From Vicugna vicugna (lineage: Eukaryota): a stretch of 64,000 nucleotides of DNA. Location: assembly GCA_013265495.1 (NCBI GenBank), contig MU063886.1, positions 1,923,486-1,987,485 on the forward strand, in the 5' to 3' direction. The position numbers were made by a program, and so were the translations under genes. This document shows, piece by piece, positions 1-12,440 of this stretch. Position 1 is the first letter of the stretch. Each line of letters begins with the position of its first letter. Below the pieces are notes generated by a model. That model was not told the origin of the DNA. It was given only the letters and a program-made list of their open reading frames with translations, and searched no databases.

Positions 1-290
1 AAAAAATGATACAAGTGAATTTATTTATAAAACTGAAAGGGACTCACAGACATAGAAAATGAACTATGGTTACCAAAGGGGAAAAGAGGGAAGGCATAAA
101 TTAGGAGTTTGGGATTAGCAGATACAAACTAATGTATATTAAATAAATAAACAACAAGGACCTATGTTCAACAGCTTGTAACAACCTGGTGGAAAGATTC
201 TGAGGAATATATGTGTATATATAACTGAATCACTTTGCTGCACATCTGAAACTGACAACATTGTAAATCAACTAGACTTCAATGAAAAAG
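1..290 (+). mobile_element. LINE-1 3' UTR end, cetartiodactyl-type (5' side cut by the window edge)
   Basis: ACTATGGTTACCAAAGGGGAA...GGAGTTTGGGATTAGCAGATACAAACT...TAACTGAATCACTTTGCTG...TTGTAAATCAACTAGACTTCAAT; near-identical motifs recur in the L1 ends at 58.6-58.9 kb and 61.8-62.1 kb. Confidence 0.9.
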
Positions 291-299
291 ATTCAGAAC

Positions 300-565
300 A
301 CCTTGTATGATACCATAAGAGCGATACATATCACTATGTGTTCATTTACACTCACAGAATGTGTGACACCAGGGGAGCAAACCCTGATGTGAACAAGGGA
401 CCCTGTGTGATGATGTGTAAGGGCAGATTCATCAGCTGTAGCCAACGTACCACCGTAGTGGGGGTGCTGTTTCACGAGTGGGGCAGGGAGGTTGGGGGAA
501 ATCGCTGCTCTCTGCTTAGTTTTCCTGCGCACCTAAAACATCTTTAAAAATAAAGTCTATTAAGA
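300..565 (+). mobile_element. Old L1 3' end (L1MB/L1MC-like)
   Basis: AAACCCTGATGTGAAC...GATTCATCAGCTGTAGCCAACGTACCAC...CCTAAAACATCTTTAAAAATAAAGTCTATT resembles recalled L1MC-type termini. Confidence 0.7.
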
Positions 566-1179
566 AATTAAGGATACCAGTTGTTCATGCATCTCCATGA
601 TTGCAACTGCTGTGAAGAAGACATGCACTGGGTTACCTCTTCCTGTCTGTCCACCTGTTCAAAGCACCATCTCCACTGCTGTGTATTCAGTTCTTACCCC
701 TTCTTCAAATCTCAGCACAAGTCCCATTTCCTACCCCAAGTTCTTCCTCTTTTGTTCCCAAATCCGGCTCAGGCACCTGCATTAAATGCTGCAGACAGCA
801 ATAAACAAGACAGACCAGCTCCCTGTCCTCATGGGGCTTCCTGTCCAGGCTGAAGAATTCTCTCTCCACCTGCCTTACCTCCTCCTGTATCACTAGGTAC
901 TGGCACACAGCATCAACCAACATCTATTTGATGCCAACGTCCTCTCTTCCCAAATAAATTGTAAAGGACAGTCTCTCCTACATCTGTACCTATTCCTCAG
1001 TGCCAGAAAGAGAAAGCAAAATGTCAGAGAACAGTGATCAGGAGCTTTGATTAATCAAAAGCAATAATCCCAGACCCATGTTAAAAAATTAAAGTAGATG
1101 ACAAAAATCGGTATAGTCAAAACAGATGGAGGGCGAGTGAATTTTAAAAGTGGGTAAAGGGAGATACAGGTATCCAGAC

Positions 1180-1340
1180 CAGGGGCTGGCAAACTTTTCC
1201 TGTAAAGGGTTGGATAGTAAACAGTTGAGACAGTAGAGGCCACATGTGGATCTCTTCTTTTTCGCAACCCTTTAAAAATGTAAAAAACCATTCTTAGACC
1301 AGCAAGGGCAGGACAGGGAGCAGCATTTTTTCGGCCCCTG
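1180..1340 (+). mobile_element. hAT-Charlie non-autonomous DNA transposon (MER58-like)
   Basis: Starts CAGGGGCTGGCAAACTTTTCCTGTAAAGGG, contains CAACCCTTTAAAAATGTAAAAAACCATTCTTAG, ends GGCCCCTG (terminal inverted CAGGGGC). Confidence 0.8.
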
Positions 1341-2463
1341 GGATGGGAAGTCACAGACAGTCAATATATCGGAAAGCTGTTGGTTATTCCCATCTGTTTA
1401 ATCTAGGAAGGCTCCTGGGAGGAGGCGGTGGTATTTTGAGATCTGGAGTGAGAGCCGAGAGCTGGCCTGACCGCGAGGTAACAGGGGAACGGGATGACTT
1501 CATGGAAAGGAGCCGGACGCAGAGTCAGCCGACCTGAACCAGAGCCCTGGCTCTACTGCTATCTGTGTGGCTTTGGCCAAGTCGCCCCTGTGCCTCCAGC
1601 AACTTCTGTGAGTTATCGCCATGAAAAATGAGCAGAAAAGTGACCTATTGTGAGAATAAGATGAGATCATATCAGGGCACTTTGGAAACTGACAAGCATC
1701 CCAGTAAGACCCCTGATAAAATTAGTAAAAGCCAAAAATGTAAGCTAAACTTGAAGATTCCAAATTTGAAATGTCACTTTACTTCGCCAGCGGGAGAGGA
1801 GGCGAAATGTGAGAGTCAAATATGATTATTGTGCGACTTTGGCCAAAAGAGCTGTTTTATAAGCTGCAAGCCTTCAGAAGATAATAGAGCTGTGAGCAGG
1901 AGAGACAGCTGGGGATCCCTGAAGAAGCTACACAGAGCCCATCGGTATGACGCCGCGTGTGTACAGAAAAGCTCTAAACCCACAGACGGTCTCCCACAAA
2001 AGTCTCTGCCTTCGTGCACCATGTGACTGGTGCTCTCCCTGGCTGTCCTCTGCCTCCTCTAAAGCCCCAAGGCAGAGGCGCTGTCAGAGGCGTGGCCCCC
2101 AGGGACCACCTGCTCATCTTTGGATGAGGAAGAAGGACAAGGAATAAAAATAGAACCTGGACACAGCACAGTGTCTAGTTTACAACTTTTGGCATCTAAC
2201 TTAGCAGAGTCTGATACAGCCCCTCTCCCCTTTCCAGAAAAATACTGTTAAAAAAAAATACTGAAGCCCCACATTCCCTCAAAACTTACTAGTAAGAAGA
2301 GTAGAAGAGTCCGTCAACAGAATTTGGTAAAACTACCAAGACAGCTGATGGAGCGGATGGAGAAAGACAGCTGGGGGCCTACCCACGTGTGTCTGCTGCG
2401 TGATACAGACAGCCTTCGGCCCATGGGACAGCAGGGCAGCCCTCCCAGCTTTATTCCACTCAG

Positions 2464-2923
2464 TGTTATGGGTTGAATTGCTGTTTCCCCAAAAGGACAT
2501 GCCGACGTCCTAACCCCCAGGACCTTGGAATGTGACCTGACTTGGAAATAGAGCCTTTAGAGAGGTCACCAAGGTAAAGTCGGTCGTTAGGATGGGCCCT
2601 AGTTCACTGTGACTGGTGTCTCTATACAAGGGGGGAGTTTGGACACAGAGGCAGACTTACAGAAGGAAGAGGAGGTGAAGAGACGTGAGGAGGTCGTGGG
2701 AAGTTGGAGGGATGCAGTGATGAGCCACAGAAGACGGGCAAATCAACCAAAAGCTAGGACAGAGGCCCCGCCTGGACTCTCCCCTGCAGCCCTGTGGAGG
2801 AACCGAGCCTGCTGATGCCTGCACTTCAGACTTCTGGCCTCCAGAGCCGTGAGACAATTCATTTCTGTTGCTTGAGCCCCCAGTTCACGGTACTTTGTAT
2901 GGCAGCCCTGGGGAACTAAAACA
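2464..2923 (+). mobile_element. MaLR solo LTR (MLT1A/B-like)
   Basis: TGTTATGGGTTGAATTG...GTGACCTGACTTGGAAATAG...CTTCTGGCCTCCAGAGCCGTGAG...GCAGCCCTGGGGAACTAAAACA; flanks CTCAG/CGCAG (4/5 TSD). Confidence 0.9.
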
Positions 2924-3302
2924 CGCAGGTACTGAAGGCTGCTACAGTGGGCATGATCCACTGGGCCACGAACACCTACCTTTTTGAGCCAGAGTCCTCC
3001 TGTCCCAGCTCTGCTCATGAACAGCAAGAGAACTATTGAACACATACCAACCTCGGCCAACTGGACTGCTTGCAACTGTCTGGGTCTTTTTGGTGGATAT
3101 CAGCAAGTTCCAACCACTGAAGCTGTGAGGACCTGAGGTCTGCCCCCAACCAACCTCACTTCCCGACTACATTACAGTGAAAGCAGAAGTCTCAAAGCAA
3201 ATTCTAGCACACGAGAAAATACGTACCTAAGGAGCAGAAACAAAAAGATACAGGACTGGGTGAAGACCCAGCTCTCTGCCCTCAGACACTTCATCAGGAC
3301 AG

Positions 3303-3791
3303 TGAAGATCAATAAAGGAAACCTCAGCTAAAACTGGGGGTCAGAAAGCCTGCAGAGGGAGCACTCAGACTCTTGTCATCGGTTACCCTAAACAGGAAGG
3401 GGGTGCCTTTCTTGCCTCCCTAACAAGCAGGTTCCTCCGAGCCACTATCCTAGCAGGATGAAGGGATGTTTTCCTGCCCAGCAAGTGGGAAGCATGGAAG
3501 TTCAGTGAATGAGGAGCTGTCACCACCCTGAACTCTTACTTTCCTCCTAGAGACTTCTTTTGGACAGCACCTCACCCTCTCCTCCATAAAACCAGGCGCC
3601 TTTCCTTGGCTGGGTGCTGGTACACCGTAGCTTGCATTTCCTGAATTGCAATAACTCTGCTTATTCCCCAATAAACTCATTTTGCTGGTAAGGTAACTAG
3701 CAGTTTTTTTGTTTTTGTTTTTGTTTTACTGTTTTATTTATTTTTTTTTAAACATTTTTTTATTGAGTAACTGGCAGTTTTAAAGTTGACA
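3303..3791 (+). mobile_element. ERV solo LTR (ERV1-like), interrupted near its 3' end
   Basis: TG...CA termini; CATAAAA TATA-like box at ~3587, AATAAA at 3670-3675, ends TAACTGGCAGTTTTAAAGTTGACA. The left boundary is approximate. Confidence 0.65.
3708..3766 (-). mobile_element. Ultra-short L1 3'-terminal insertion with A-rich tail
   Basis: T-rich tail plus AAACATTTTTTTATTGA, flanked by GTAACTAGCAGTTTT (3693-3707) and GTAACTGGCAGTTTT (3767-3781). Confidence 0.75.
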
Positions 3792-4025
3792 GTACTTAGC
3801 ATTAAATTTTCACTCAGAGCAAATTCTACGATTCTGGCAGCAGAATTCAGCCAACGAGCTCGTCTGACCAGGTAACAGAATCATCCATCAAGTGATGGAC
3901 TCAGATCTGAACCACATCCTTGTCCATAGGGGCCACTGCAGAGTTGACTTAAGAAGTACAAAACCTGATCTGAAAAATAAGCCCATCAAAGCAATTGAGG
4001 AAGTTGCTAACGCATGACCTCCTAC

Positions 4026-4172
4026 NNNNNNNNNNNNNNNNNNNNNNNNNNNNNNNNNNNNNNNNNNNNNNNNNNNNNNNNNNNNNNNNNNNNNNNNNNN
4101 NNNNNNNNNNNNNNNNNNNNNNNNNNNNNNNNNNNNNNNNNNNNNNNNNNNNNNNNNNNNNNNNNNNNNNNN
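4026..4172. other. Assembly gap (147 N)
   Basis: Run of N. Confidence 1.
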
Positions 4173-4199
4173 AATCATCTTGACACCAAAGCTTCACAA

Positions 4200-5030
4200 A
4201 GAACATGAAAAACATGAAAAATAACTATAAAACAAACTAATTATGAACATTCATGTTCATTTAATAGCAGCCTTAAATGAAAGTGTATATTAAAAGATCA
4301 TCCATTGTAATCAACCAGGGTTCTTGAGGAATGCTATAGAATTTTAATATTGGGAAACCAATTAACAGAGAACCTCACTAACAGATGTGCAATCAAATCA
4401 GTAGACAATAAAACGGCACTTGTGAAAATACAACATGTACTCAGAATAAAAACCTGAAGAGAAGTAGAAACAAAACCATCTTCTTAACATGGCAAAGATC
4501 ATTTGATAATGTAAGTCATACATTAAGAGTCAAATGCTGGACACATTCCTATTAGAAATAAAGGCAAAAATGCTTACTATTATCATTATGACTTAACATT
4601 TGTATGAAAATCTGGCCAATTAAAATAAGCTTTTTCTTAAACATTTTTTATTGAGTTATAGTCATTTTATAATGTTGTGTCAAATTCCAGTGTAGAGCTA
4701 AATTAAGCTTTAAAAAAGTAGCTATCATCACTGCAAAGAAGCAAAATTATTATTAGGTGATTATTATGATTACAGACCTAGAAAATCCAATGAATAACTA
4801 TATAACCCTTTGAATGTGAAAGCATAATGAAGTGCTCAGATAAATCATATGGGTACAAAAATCTGTAGATTTCCCCTACACCAGACACACGTGCTTAGAA
4901 AACTTAATGGAAAAGGTTACAGCCACAATAGCAAAAAATGCAAGACATTTTGGAAAAGCCTCACAAGAAATGTACAGATTCTATTTGCAGAAAAGTACAA
5001 AATATTAATGAGACCTACATAAACAGTGGT
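4200..5030 (+). mobile_element. Degraded L1 ORF2 reverse-transcriptase remnant (old L1M)
   Basis: 4766-4789 translates MITDLENP, preceded by KLLLGDY, a degenerate version of the L1 KLSLFADDMI.YLENP motif; A-rich with many frame disruptions. Confidence 0.75.
4634..4698 (-). mobile_element. 65-bp 5'-truncated young L1 3' terminus
   Basis: Reverse complement GCTCTACACTGGAATTTGACACAACATTATAAAATGACTATAACTCAATAAAAAATGTTTAAG; TSD TAAAATAAGCTTT (4621-4633) / TAAATTAAGCTTT (4699-4711). Confidence 0.8.
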
Positions 5031-5164
5031 TAGCAGCACTTCCTACAGACAACTGCAGCTGTCCAAGAAGTTGAAAAGGAGGAGTGTCCAAGAGAAGGAG
5101 CCTTGCCTGTTTCAGGTCTCAGTTAGACCCTGAAGGGATAAAACTGGGCCTGCATGGTACAAGT

Positions 5165-5520
5165 ACATATTAGTCTGCTGTCACTAATTCTGCTGCATTA
5201 ACAAATAATGCTGAAGTCTCAGAGGCTCCAAAGGTGTGTTACCCATTCACATAACACGTCTTGACAGTTGGCTGGGATACTCCATGGTGACCCCATTCAG
5301 GGACTCCGGGTGAAAGAGTAGCCCCTATCTGCCCATGCCCTTCAGACAGCAGTGGAAAGAACAAGGTCAGGTTAAGTGGTGACCCTTAAAGCCGAGTCCT
5401 TGGATAGGGCATCTGTCACTTCTGAGCACATTCATTGGCCAAAGCAAGTCACGTGGCATCACCTGACTTCTTTGAGGTAGGAAAGAAGAATCCTCTTGCA
5501 GGGAGGGGTACATATAGTTT
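5165..5520. mobile_element. Old MaLR LTR (MLT1J/K/L-like)
   Basis: CTGTCACTTCTGAGCACATTCATTGGCCAAAGCAAGTCACGTGGC motif and GCTGCATTAACAAATAAT...GTCTCAG start. Confidence 0.65.
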
Positions 5521-5599
5521 TAAATGGCTTTTCAGTGAATACATTTTCAGTGTTCCATGGAGTTATAAGGAGGAAGTCTGAGCAGACATATACTAAAGA

Positions 5600-6960
5600 A
5601 TTAAATAAAGGAAGAAGCAAAAATACAGGAAAATAAGAAAACTCATGTAACAATGACAACCAGGATTGAACTAGTGTTGGAATAGGGTCTAAATTTCCCC
5701 TAACAGAACACCAATCAAACCAGAGTTAGTAAAGTTAAGCAATGCTTTGTTTTGTAACATACTTGTCCTTTGCAAGATCATAGAGAACACAACTAAAGAA
5801 ATGTTTGGGGACACTTCACTGATTTCACTGGTGAAATAGAGCAAAACAGCTGGAAACCCAAGAAGAAGCTGACAAAATTGCAGATACAGGGGGAGTCATT
5901 AATATATGCCTTCAGACTTTGTCAGTTCAAGTAGACCAGATACATATACACACACCGAGGAAAAGAAGAAACTATGTTACATTCAAGTATTTGATTTAAT
6001 AGTTACACACACTTCGGAAATATTCAGAAAATATATATTCTTTTCAAATGGCATAGAACTTTAACAAAAATTGATCATACATTAGGCCACAAAGAAAACC
6101 CTGCTAGTTTTCAAAAAGTAGAAATAACACAGACCGCATTCTCACATTCTCTAACCACAGTGTAATAAACCCAGAAATTCATAACAGAAGAATTTTTTTT
6201 TAAAAAAAACACTAGAAATGTTAGGCTCTCTTAAATAACTCGAGACAAAGAAAAAACCAAAACTAAAAGTACAGACTATTTTTCAAATGATGACAATAAG
6301 AACACAGCATGTAAAATGTCGGGGCTGTGGCCAAAGATATACTAAGGAAAATTAATAGGATTATTATGAAACAAGATCGACTGAGAGAATGTGAACTAAG
6401 CATCCAATTCATTAACCTGAAAGAGACCAAGAAAATCAAGTAGAAGAAACAAACATAAAAATTTTTAAATGTATTTAGAAAACTAAAAAGCATTTAAATT
6501 GATAAAGAAACTTGTTTCTTTAAAAAACAAAATAGACTAGAACCAGTTCTAGACAAGGCTAATGCACAAAGAGAAACTCATCAAAGCCCCCCAACTAAAC
6601 AGGCACAGATGACTTCTAGATCAGAAATAAGGAGCAGAGGTTTAAAAAGAACAAAAGCACAAATATGAAGCATCAGGAGTATAAAAAGCAATGTAAGCAC
6701 AGTTATGAAAAAGATATAAGAAACCTTATTAATTGAGTGCATGCTACTAAATTTGAAAAGCCAGAATTTCTCAAAAAATTTTCCATATTAAAAATTTCCC
6801 AGTAAGACGCTGAAAACTTAGACCAGTACAGATAAAAGAGTTGTGTGTGTGTAACAACTATCCTCCAAGTAACACCAGGTACAAATAGGTTTTATGGGTG
6901 AAGGTTTTCAAACTTTCAAGGATCAAGTATTCTACACAGGCTACACTTTGCCAAAATAGT
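5600..6960 (+). mobile_element. Degraded L1 ORF2 endonuclease-region remnant (old L1M)
   Basis: 6067-6093 translates KIDHTLGHK (L1 endonuclease RIDHILGHK-type motif), followed by a degenerate SDH region. Confidence 0.75.
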
Positions 6961-7399
6961 AAATAATAAAACATGGTATGCCTCAAATTTTTCTTAGTGG
7001 AGTTGGCACAGCCAGGACACCACATCTGAAGAGTTAAAGAAATCACAGATGTGGACACACCCACAGAGTCCTGGGCAGCAGAGAGCAGCACAGCAATGGG
7101 ACGGTGTCCTAAACACAGAGGGCTTAGTTTAAAAACAGGATGAGGTCTGTAAAATAACAACAATACATACCATATGACCATAATATACACTGTCAACGGA
7201 CATTTAAAATGTTAAACACAAAGAGTTGTGTATGTGGGGAGGGGAGGGGCAGGAATGACAATATGGGGATAAATGGGAATGAATAAACAAACAGATAAAT
7301 AAATACATAGTGGTGTCTGGCACAGACCAAGGACCAAAATGTGCTATAAAAATAGAGTCTGAGTAACTCAACCCTTTACACTGGAGATTTTTGTTTTTT

Positions 7400-8580
7400 A
7401 AGGAGAAAAGAAAATGAAAAACTGAGCAAAGTATACACTAAATCTCTCTTATGAACAAAGATGCAGAATTTTAAACATTGACAAATCTAATACACAAAAG
7501 CAAAGTCAAGTTTAAATAGAAATTAAAGTAGGGCTAAATGCTAAAAAATCACTTTATCAAGAAAAACAGAGAAACCACAGTATGTCATTGATAGGTGCCA
7601 ATGAAGATTAAATAACTTTTCAATATTTAATCCTGATTAAAACTCTTGGAAAAACGAATGTATTTCCTTAGAATGATAAAACTCGCCAGCCTCTGACCAA
7701 CATCTATGGAATGGTTAAACACCAGAAGCACTTTTGTTAAAGTCAGACAACATTGCTAATGCATTTAGTATCAAATCAGTGCACATGGCAAACTAGGAGA
7801 GAAGCAAGTGGATAACTATTAGAATAATAACATCAAAAATCAAGTTATCAAAACATTTAACATTGTACATATGTAAGTTCTTTCAAATTTATTGGAATTT
7901 TTTAAATTTACTTTTTTGGGGGAGGAGGTCATTAAGTTTACTTATTTGTTTATTTTTTTAGAGGCGGTACTGGGGATTGAACCCAGGACCTTGTGTGCAC
8001 TAAGCATGCGCTCTACCACTTGAGCTATTCCCTTCTCCCTCAAATTTATTGGAATTTTAACTACAAATTTAATGCAAGTCTTTGAAGGACATAATGGGAT
8101 GGGGGGAAACTCATTCTGAAGACCACAGAGAAAAACAAATGGACAAGATTAGATTTAAAAAATTAAAAAGTACCAGATACCAAAAGAAATTTTACTGCAA
8201 AATAATGTACACCAAAATAGATCAGTGCAAGAAGACAGAAAGCCCAGAGCCAGCTAAGTAAGTTATGACAATTTGGTACCATATTTCTTGATTGAAGTAT
8301 TTCTGGTATCAGGATGTGACTCAAGAATGTCAAACTGCTATTCTTTCTAAACCAGAGGTGAATCTTACAGCCAATGGCATCTGAGGATCAAGGAAATAAA
8401 TTATTTGATATTCCAAACCAGTTGAGAAAGAATGGACAGTGAACAAATGATTCTGGTACAATAGGTTAAACTTTTAGGAAAAAAAAATGTTAAGGTTAAA
8501 TTTCTTCCTCGGACCGTTCATCAAAATCAATTCCATATAGTCCAAGGAAATAAACTGGAAAAGATAAAAAAAAAAAAAAA
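7400..8580 (+). mobile_element. Degraded L1 ORF2 RT/C-terminal remnant, split by a SINE
   Basis: A-rich with ORF2-like stretches (GAACAAAGATGCAGAATTTTAAAC; TCAAAATCAATTCCATATAGTCCAAGG). Confidence 0.65.
7902..8039 (-). mobile_element. tRNA-derived SINE, camelid vic-1-like
   Basis: Minus strand has A box TAGCTCAAGTGG, B box GGGTTCAATCC and an A-rich tail; perfect 19-bp TSD TCAAATTTATTGGAATTTT at 7883-7901 and 8040-8058. Confidence 0.92.
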
Positions 8581-9649
8581 GGAGACAGACAGAAACAAAT
8601 GTCCTTATCCTTATGAAACTAAATTACTTACCTGAAGCACTTAAATATTTGGCATTTTTCAGCTACCTAGTTACTAAACACCCCTCCTGTTAGGACACTG
8701 TCGTTAGGTGATACTTTAGAAGCAGAGTCCCTCTTCCCACTGCAGACCCCAAAAAGCACCCAGTAATACTGAAATTGTGAAATAAACTCGTGGTGTGCCC
8801 ATAAAGTGAACTGTTGTACACGACTTCAAATCAGGTTTTAGAAAAAGCTAAATATGTAAGAAAATGCTCAAAATTTAACGTCTGGCTGAAAAATAAAATA
8901 GGATGTGATGAAATTCTTAAAATAGATATTTGCATATGCACACTGTGTATGTGCACCTATCACATAAAAATGACTGAAAGAAAAAATCATGAAAACGTGA
9001 CCCATGTTTATTACTGAGCAGCAGGATCTGGGGTGATTTTTACCATCTTCAATATGATTTTCTAAATGTTACCTGAAACCCATCATCCCCGCCACACACC
9101 TGAATAGGTTAGAGAAGGAACTAACCCCACTGTTTAGCAGTTAAAGGCAGAGCCTGTGTGCAAAGCTGGGCTTGCAGAAGGAGAGTTATGAGCTGAATAC
9201 ATCAGTGTCTCTCTCTGAGCAGTCTGAACTGGAAGATGTCACACAAATGGGATGTGGCAAGCGAGGAGATGAGGTAGACGGGGGCCACATGTGAGTCACA
9301 GCAAGTCAAAGGGATAAGAATGAGAAGCTACATACGAGAAGAAGCTGGAAGGTAGAGACACTCTGAGGTTGGGAATTAGTTGTGGGAAGAAAAGCAGGAA
9401 GACAGGACAGGGGAGAACACGTGGAGAATGAAGATCCCTGAATCTCAGCCCCCAAATCCTACAAATTCTTTGGATGTCCCACCCATCCTGGAGACCTAGC
9501 AGAACCATAGCTGTTGGTCTTAGGTGCTAATAAAACATCTTTTTCTCATTTTGACCTTTGCACTTCAAAACTGAAAGAAGCCATGCCCAACAGGTGAAAA
9601 TCACATATTTTGTACAAAAAAAAATCTATCAACCCACTTTAAAAAAAAG

Positions 9650-9810
9650 ACAAGAAATGCACAAATGTTAATGTTAACATTGGTTATCTCTAACTAGTGG
9701 AATTATGTGATTTATTTTTTCTTCTTTCTACTTTTGGCATTTTTCAAGTTTTCCACCACAAACGTATAGTACTTTTGTAATCATTTATAAAACAAATAAA
9801 CGCTATTTTA
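9650..9810 (+). mobile_element. Ancient L1ME-type 3' end fragment
   Basis: TGTTAACATTGGTTATCTCT...GGAATTATGTGATTTATTTTT...GTACTTTTGTAATC. Confidence 0.6.
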
Positions 9811-11739
9811 AATGGCATGTGTGTGAATGTGTTCTGTTGACCTCACACTGATAAAAAACCTTCATAAATTTCTCCATTAGTTTCCCTGCTGAACGAAGAC
9901 CAAGACCTTTGCTGATAGACATCTATTTCCCACATTTTTTACAACTAAACCAAATAACCAAGTGTAATTGTTCTGGGCCAAAGTTTGGATCCAAGGTCAA
10001 TAGATTTCCCCCTGCAGTGACTGCGTGGGTCCAACATACTTAGAATGGTCATCCATTGACTCATCTAATAAAAATTAGTGTTTTGGAACAGGAAATAAGT
10101 ATCTATCTGAGCACTGAAGCATCTATTTACAGAGTAATCAGCTTGCCCTAAGAATCTTTGTTCACTAAGGTTGTAGAAACAGAGCTTCACATTAGAGAAT
10201 CCCGCCCTCCCCACGTGACACCCTTCTGATGAAAGGCTTCAAAAGCCTGTTCCTTCAGTCCCTCTTCCCGGGAGAAGAGAGAACCCCAGACAAATAACCT
10301 AAACAAGACAGAAACTCAACATGGAAGTAAGTGCTCAGCCTCTTCATGCACCCTCCAAAAACTGCCACCACCAACCCTCCCAGACCCAACCCCAAGTCCC
10401 CGTGGTATGACCTGGACTCCCAGCAAATACTCTCCTCCTTGGAGCGAAAGACATGGTGGAGTCTTGGAGAAGTTCTGGAACTAAAGCATGTGAAATCTTG
10501 AGTGAGATATTGCACCTTTTGGAGCTTCCATTTTATCTTGAAAATGAAGGTGGCTGAACCAGTCAGGAGGTGATCTGGAACGTCCCAGCAGTTCAGGGAT
10601 CTACACCTAAGAAGCTATAACAAAGCAGCAGGGCCTACCAGGGAGGACGCACATGCCAGGATGTTTCCCAGGCCTGCTGTCTCTGCAAATATTTGAGGCA
10701 ACCCGGATGACACTCCCGTAAACACATATACCCCTCCTCCACCACTCCATCAAGCTGGTCCCTGTGTCCTTTCACTGTCCTTTGCGTATGGATTTGCTGT
10801 TGAAAATACACTCCCAGGAGTTGGGAGTTGGCTACTTTCAGACAACTCTCCAAACTCCGAGTTTTGATCTTATGAAAACTTCTGATACGTGTTTTCAAGA
10901 CACAGCTAGCAAAATAACTATCTGGTTCTAAAAGTCCTGCACTTTAAAAGGCTTCTCAAGTACCAACTCATGCTCCAAAGATAAATTTGAAAGGAGTGGA
11001 GTTGAAATGAATCATAAACATGTGGATTAAATTTCCCACAAGTACCAAACCTTTTGAAAACTGAGAGAAATATGCTTGGGGGGAAAAAAATCTTAATTCT
11101 ACAAAACTCAAAACCATCTCTAAAAGAATGAGACATTTGCCAAATGCTTGAGTTTAAGGGGGCAACACGTCAATTTAATCTCCTTTGATCTGATGCGCAG
11201 ATAATCCAAATGGCTATCTGCCGTGTTTTGCAGATCCTTGTGAGTGCCTGCCAACATCAGGCACAACCTCGGGGTCCCCAACAATGGGGGGAGCTCAGAA
11301 CTGGGAGCCCACCCTGAGGCATGGCCTGCCAATCTGCTCGTCAACCCAAGAGCTCCCCTCGACTTGGGGCAATTCTCAGCACCATAACAGTCAGATTAGG
11401 TCAAGATTTCTAAGTCCAAAATTCTTAGTGATGACATAAGAAGATGACATAGCACCTTCAGGTTTTTAGATTTTTAGGAAATGCTTGCCCTACCAGTAAT
11501 GGGGACCAAAAACAGAACACCATTCAGACTCGCAGCCTCCGCACTCAGTCAGGGTTCCAGCCAGCCCCAAATCCTGGCCGCCTCACAGCCGAGTCTTTCC
11601 TCTTTCCCTAAGATTTTCCCTGAAGACTTTATCCCTCACAAAACTACCTCCACATCTTTATTTTTCCCTCACTAGCAAACTACTCATGAGAACACCCCAT
11701 AGGCGGCCTCTACGTGCTCATCAACCGCTCACTGGTGAA

Positions 11740-12440
11740 CCCCCGCCAAAATCGAGCTCCTGCCCCAAATTTCTCCATCATTCTCTTTGCCTCTTGGAAG
11801 CACTGGACACCGTCAACTACTGTCCACTTTGGCATCTTTTCTCCCTTGCTTCTGGGAGAGGACGGGCTCCTGGTCACCCTCTTGTTCTTCTTTCTGCTCT
11901 TGTTTTTCCAATCTCATCTGTCTCCCATCCTGGGAAAAGCCGTGGATGGCCAGCCCGGCCTCGAGCCAAGTCCCATTGCTCACTCTATCCTTCAGGGGCC
12001 TCTGTCATCTTGCCCTAACTCACCCCACTCTGCAACTTTACCTCCCATTCTTTCCCTACTGCCGTTTCCTCTCAGGCTCATCTGGACTTCCTACTGTTTC
12101 TTTTTCATGCCAGGGGTCGCCTGTTACAGTAGGTTTATTCTTAACTACCAGGCGAAAATCCCAACCCACCCAGATTGCCCTTAAATGCCAAGGGCTTCAT
12201 GATAATCACCAGTCTGCACTCCCCTCAACCAACAAAGAGCTAATTTCCTTCAGATACCCAAACCCCAGCACAATGCCTTTTGTCTTTTCCTTTCATTTTA
12301 TGGCTTTTATCATAACACATGTTAGCTATTTGTATCCTGGTTTTATCTTCTTTATAATATTTGCTCCCCAAGGACAAGAACACTGCCCCATGTATTTCTG
12401 AATCCCACCAAGGGCCAAGCATTGGGTTTTGTTGAAAGAG
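11740..12440 (+). mobile_element. L2 LINE fragment
   Basis: GCACTGGACACCGTCAACTAC...CTCCTGGTCACCCTC; pyrimidine-rich degenerate L2 RT region and an L2-like 3' end. Confidence 0.6.

Noticed and set aside
3888-4215. ORFs spanning the first gap
   Set aside because: Mostly X residues.
7902-8039. tRNA gene call for the SINEs (also 24213-24311)
   Set aside because: tRNA-like head only, with A-rich tail and TSDs; these are SINEs, not functional tRNAs.
10635-10898. Minus-strand ORF with possible splice sites
   Set aside because: No recognisable product and a weak donor.
11686-12401. 110-204-aa plus-strand ORFs
   Set aside because: They lie in a degenerate pyrimidine-rich L2; Ser/Pro/Leu-biased with no recognisable domain.
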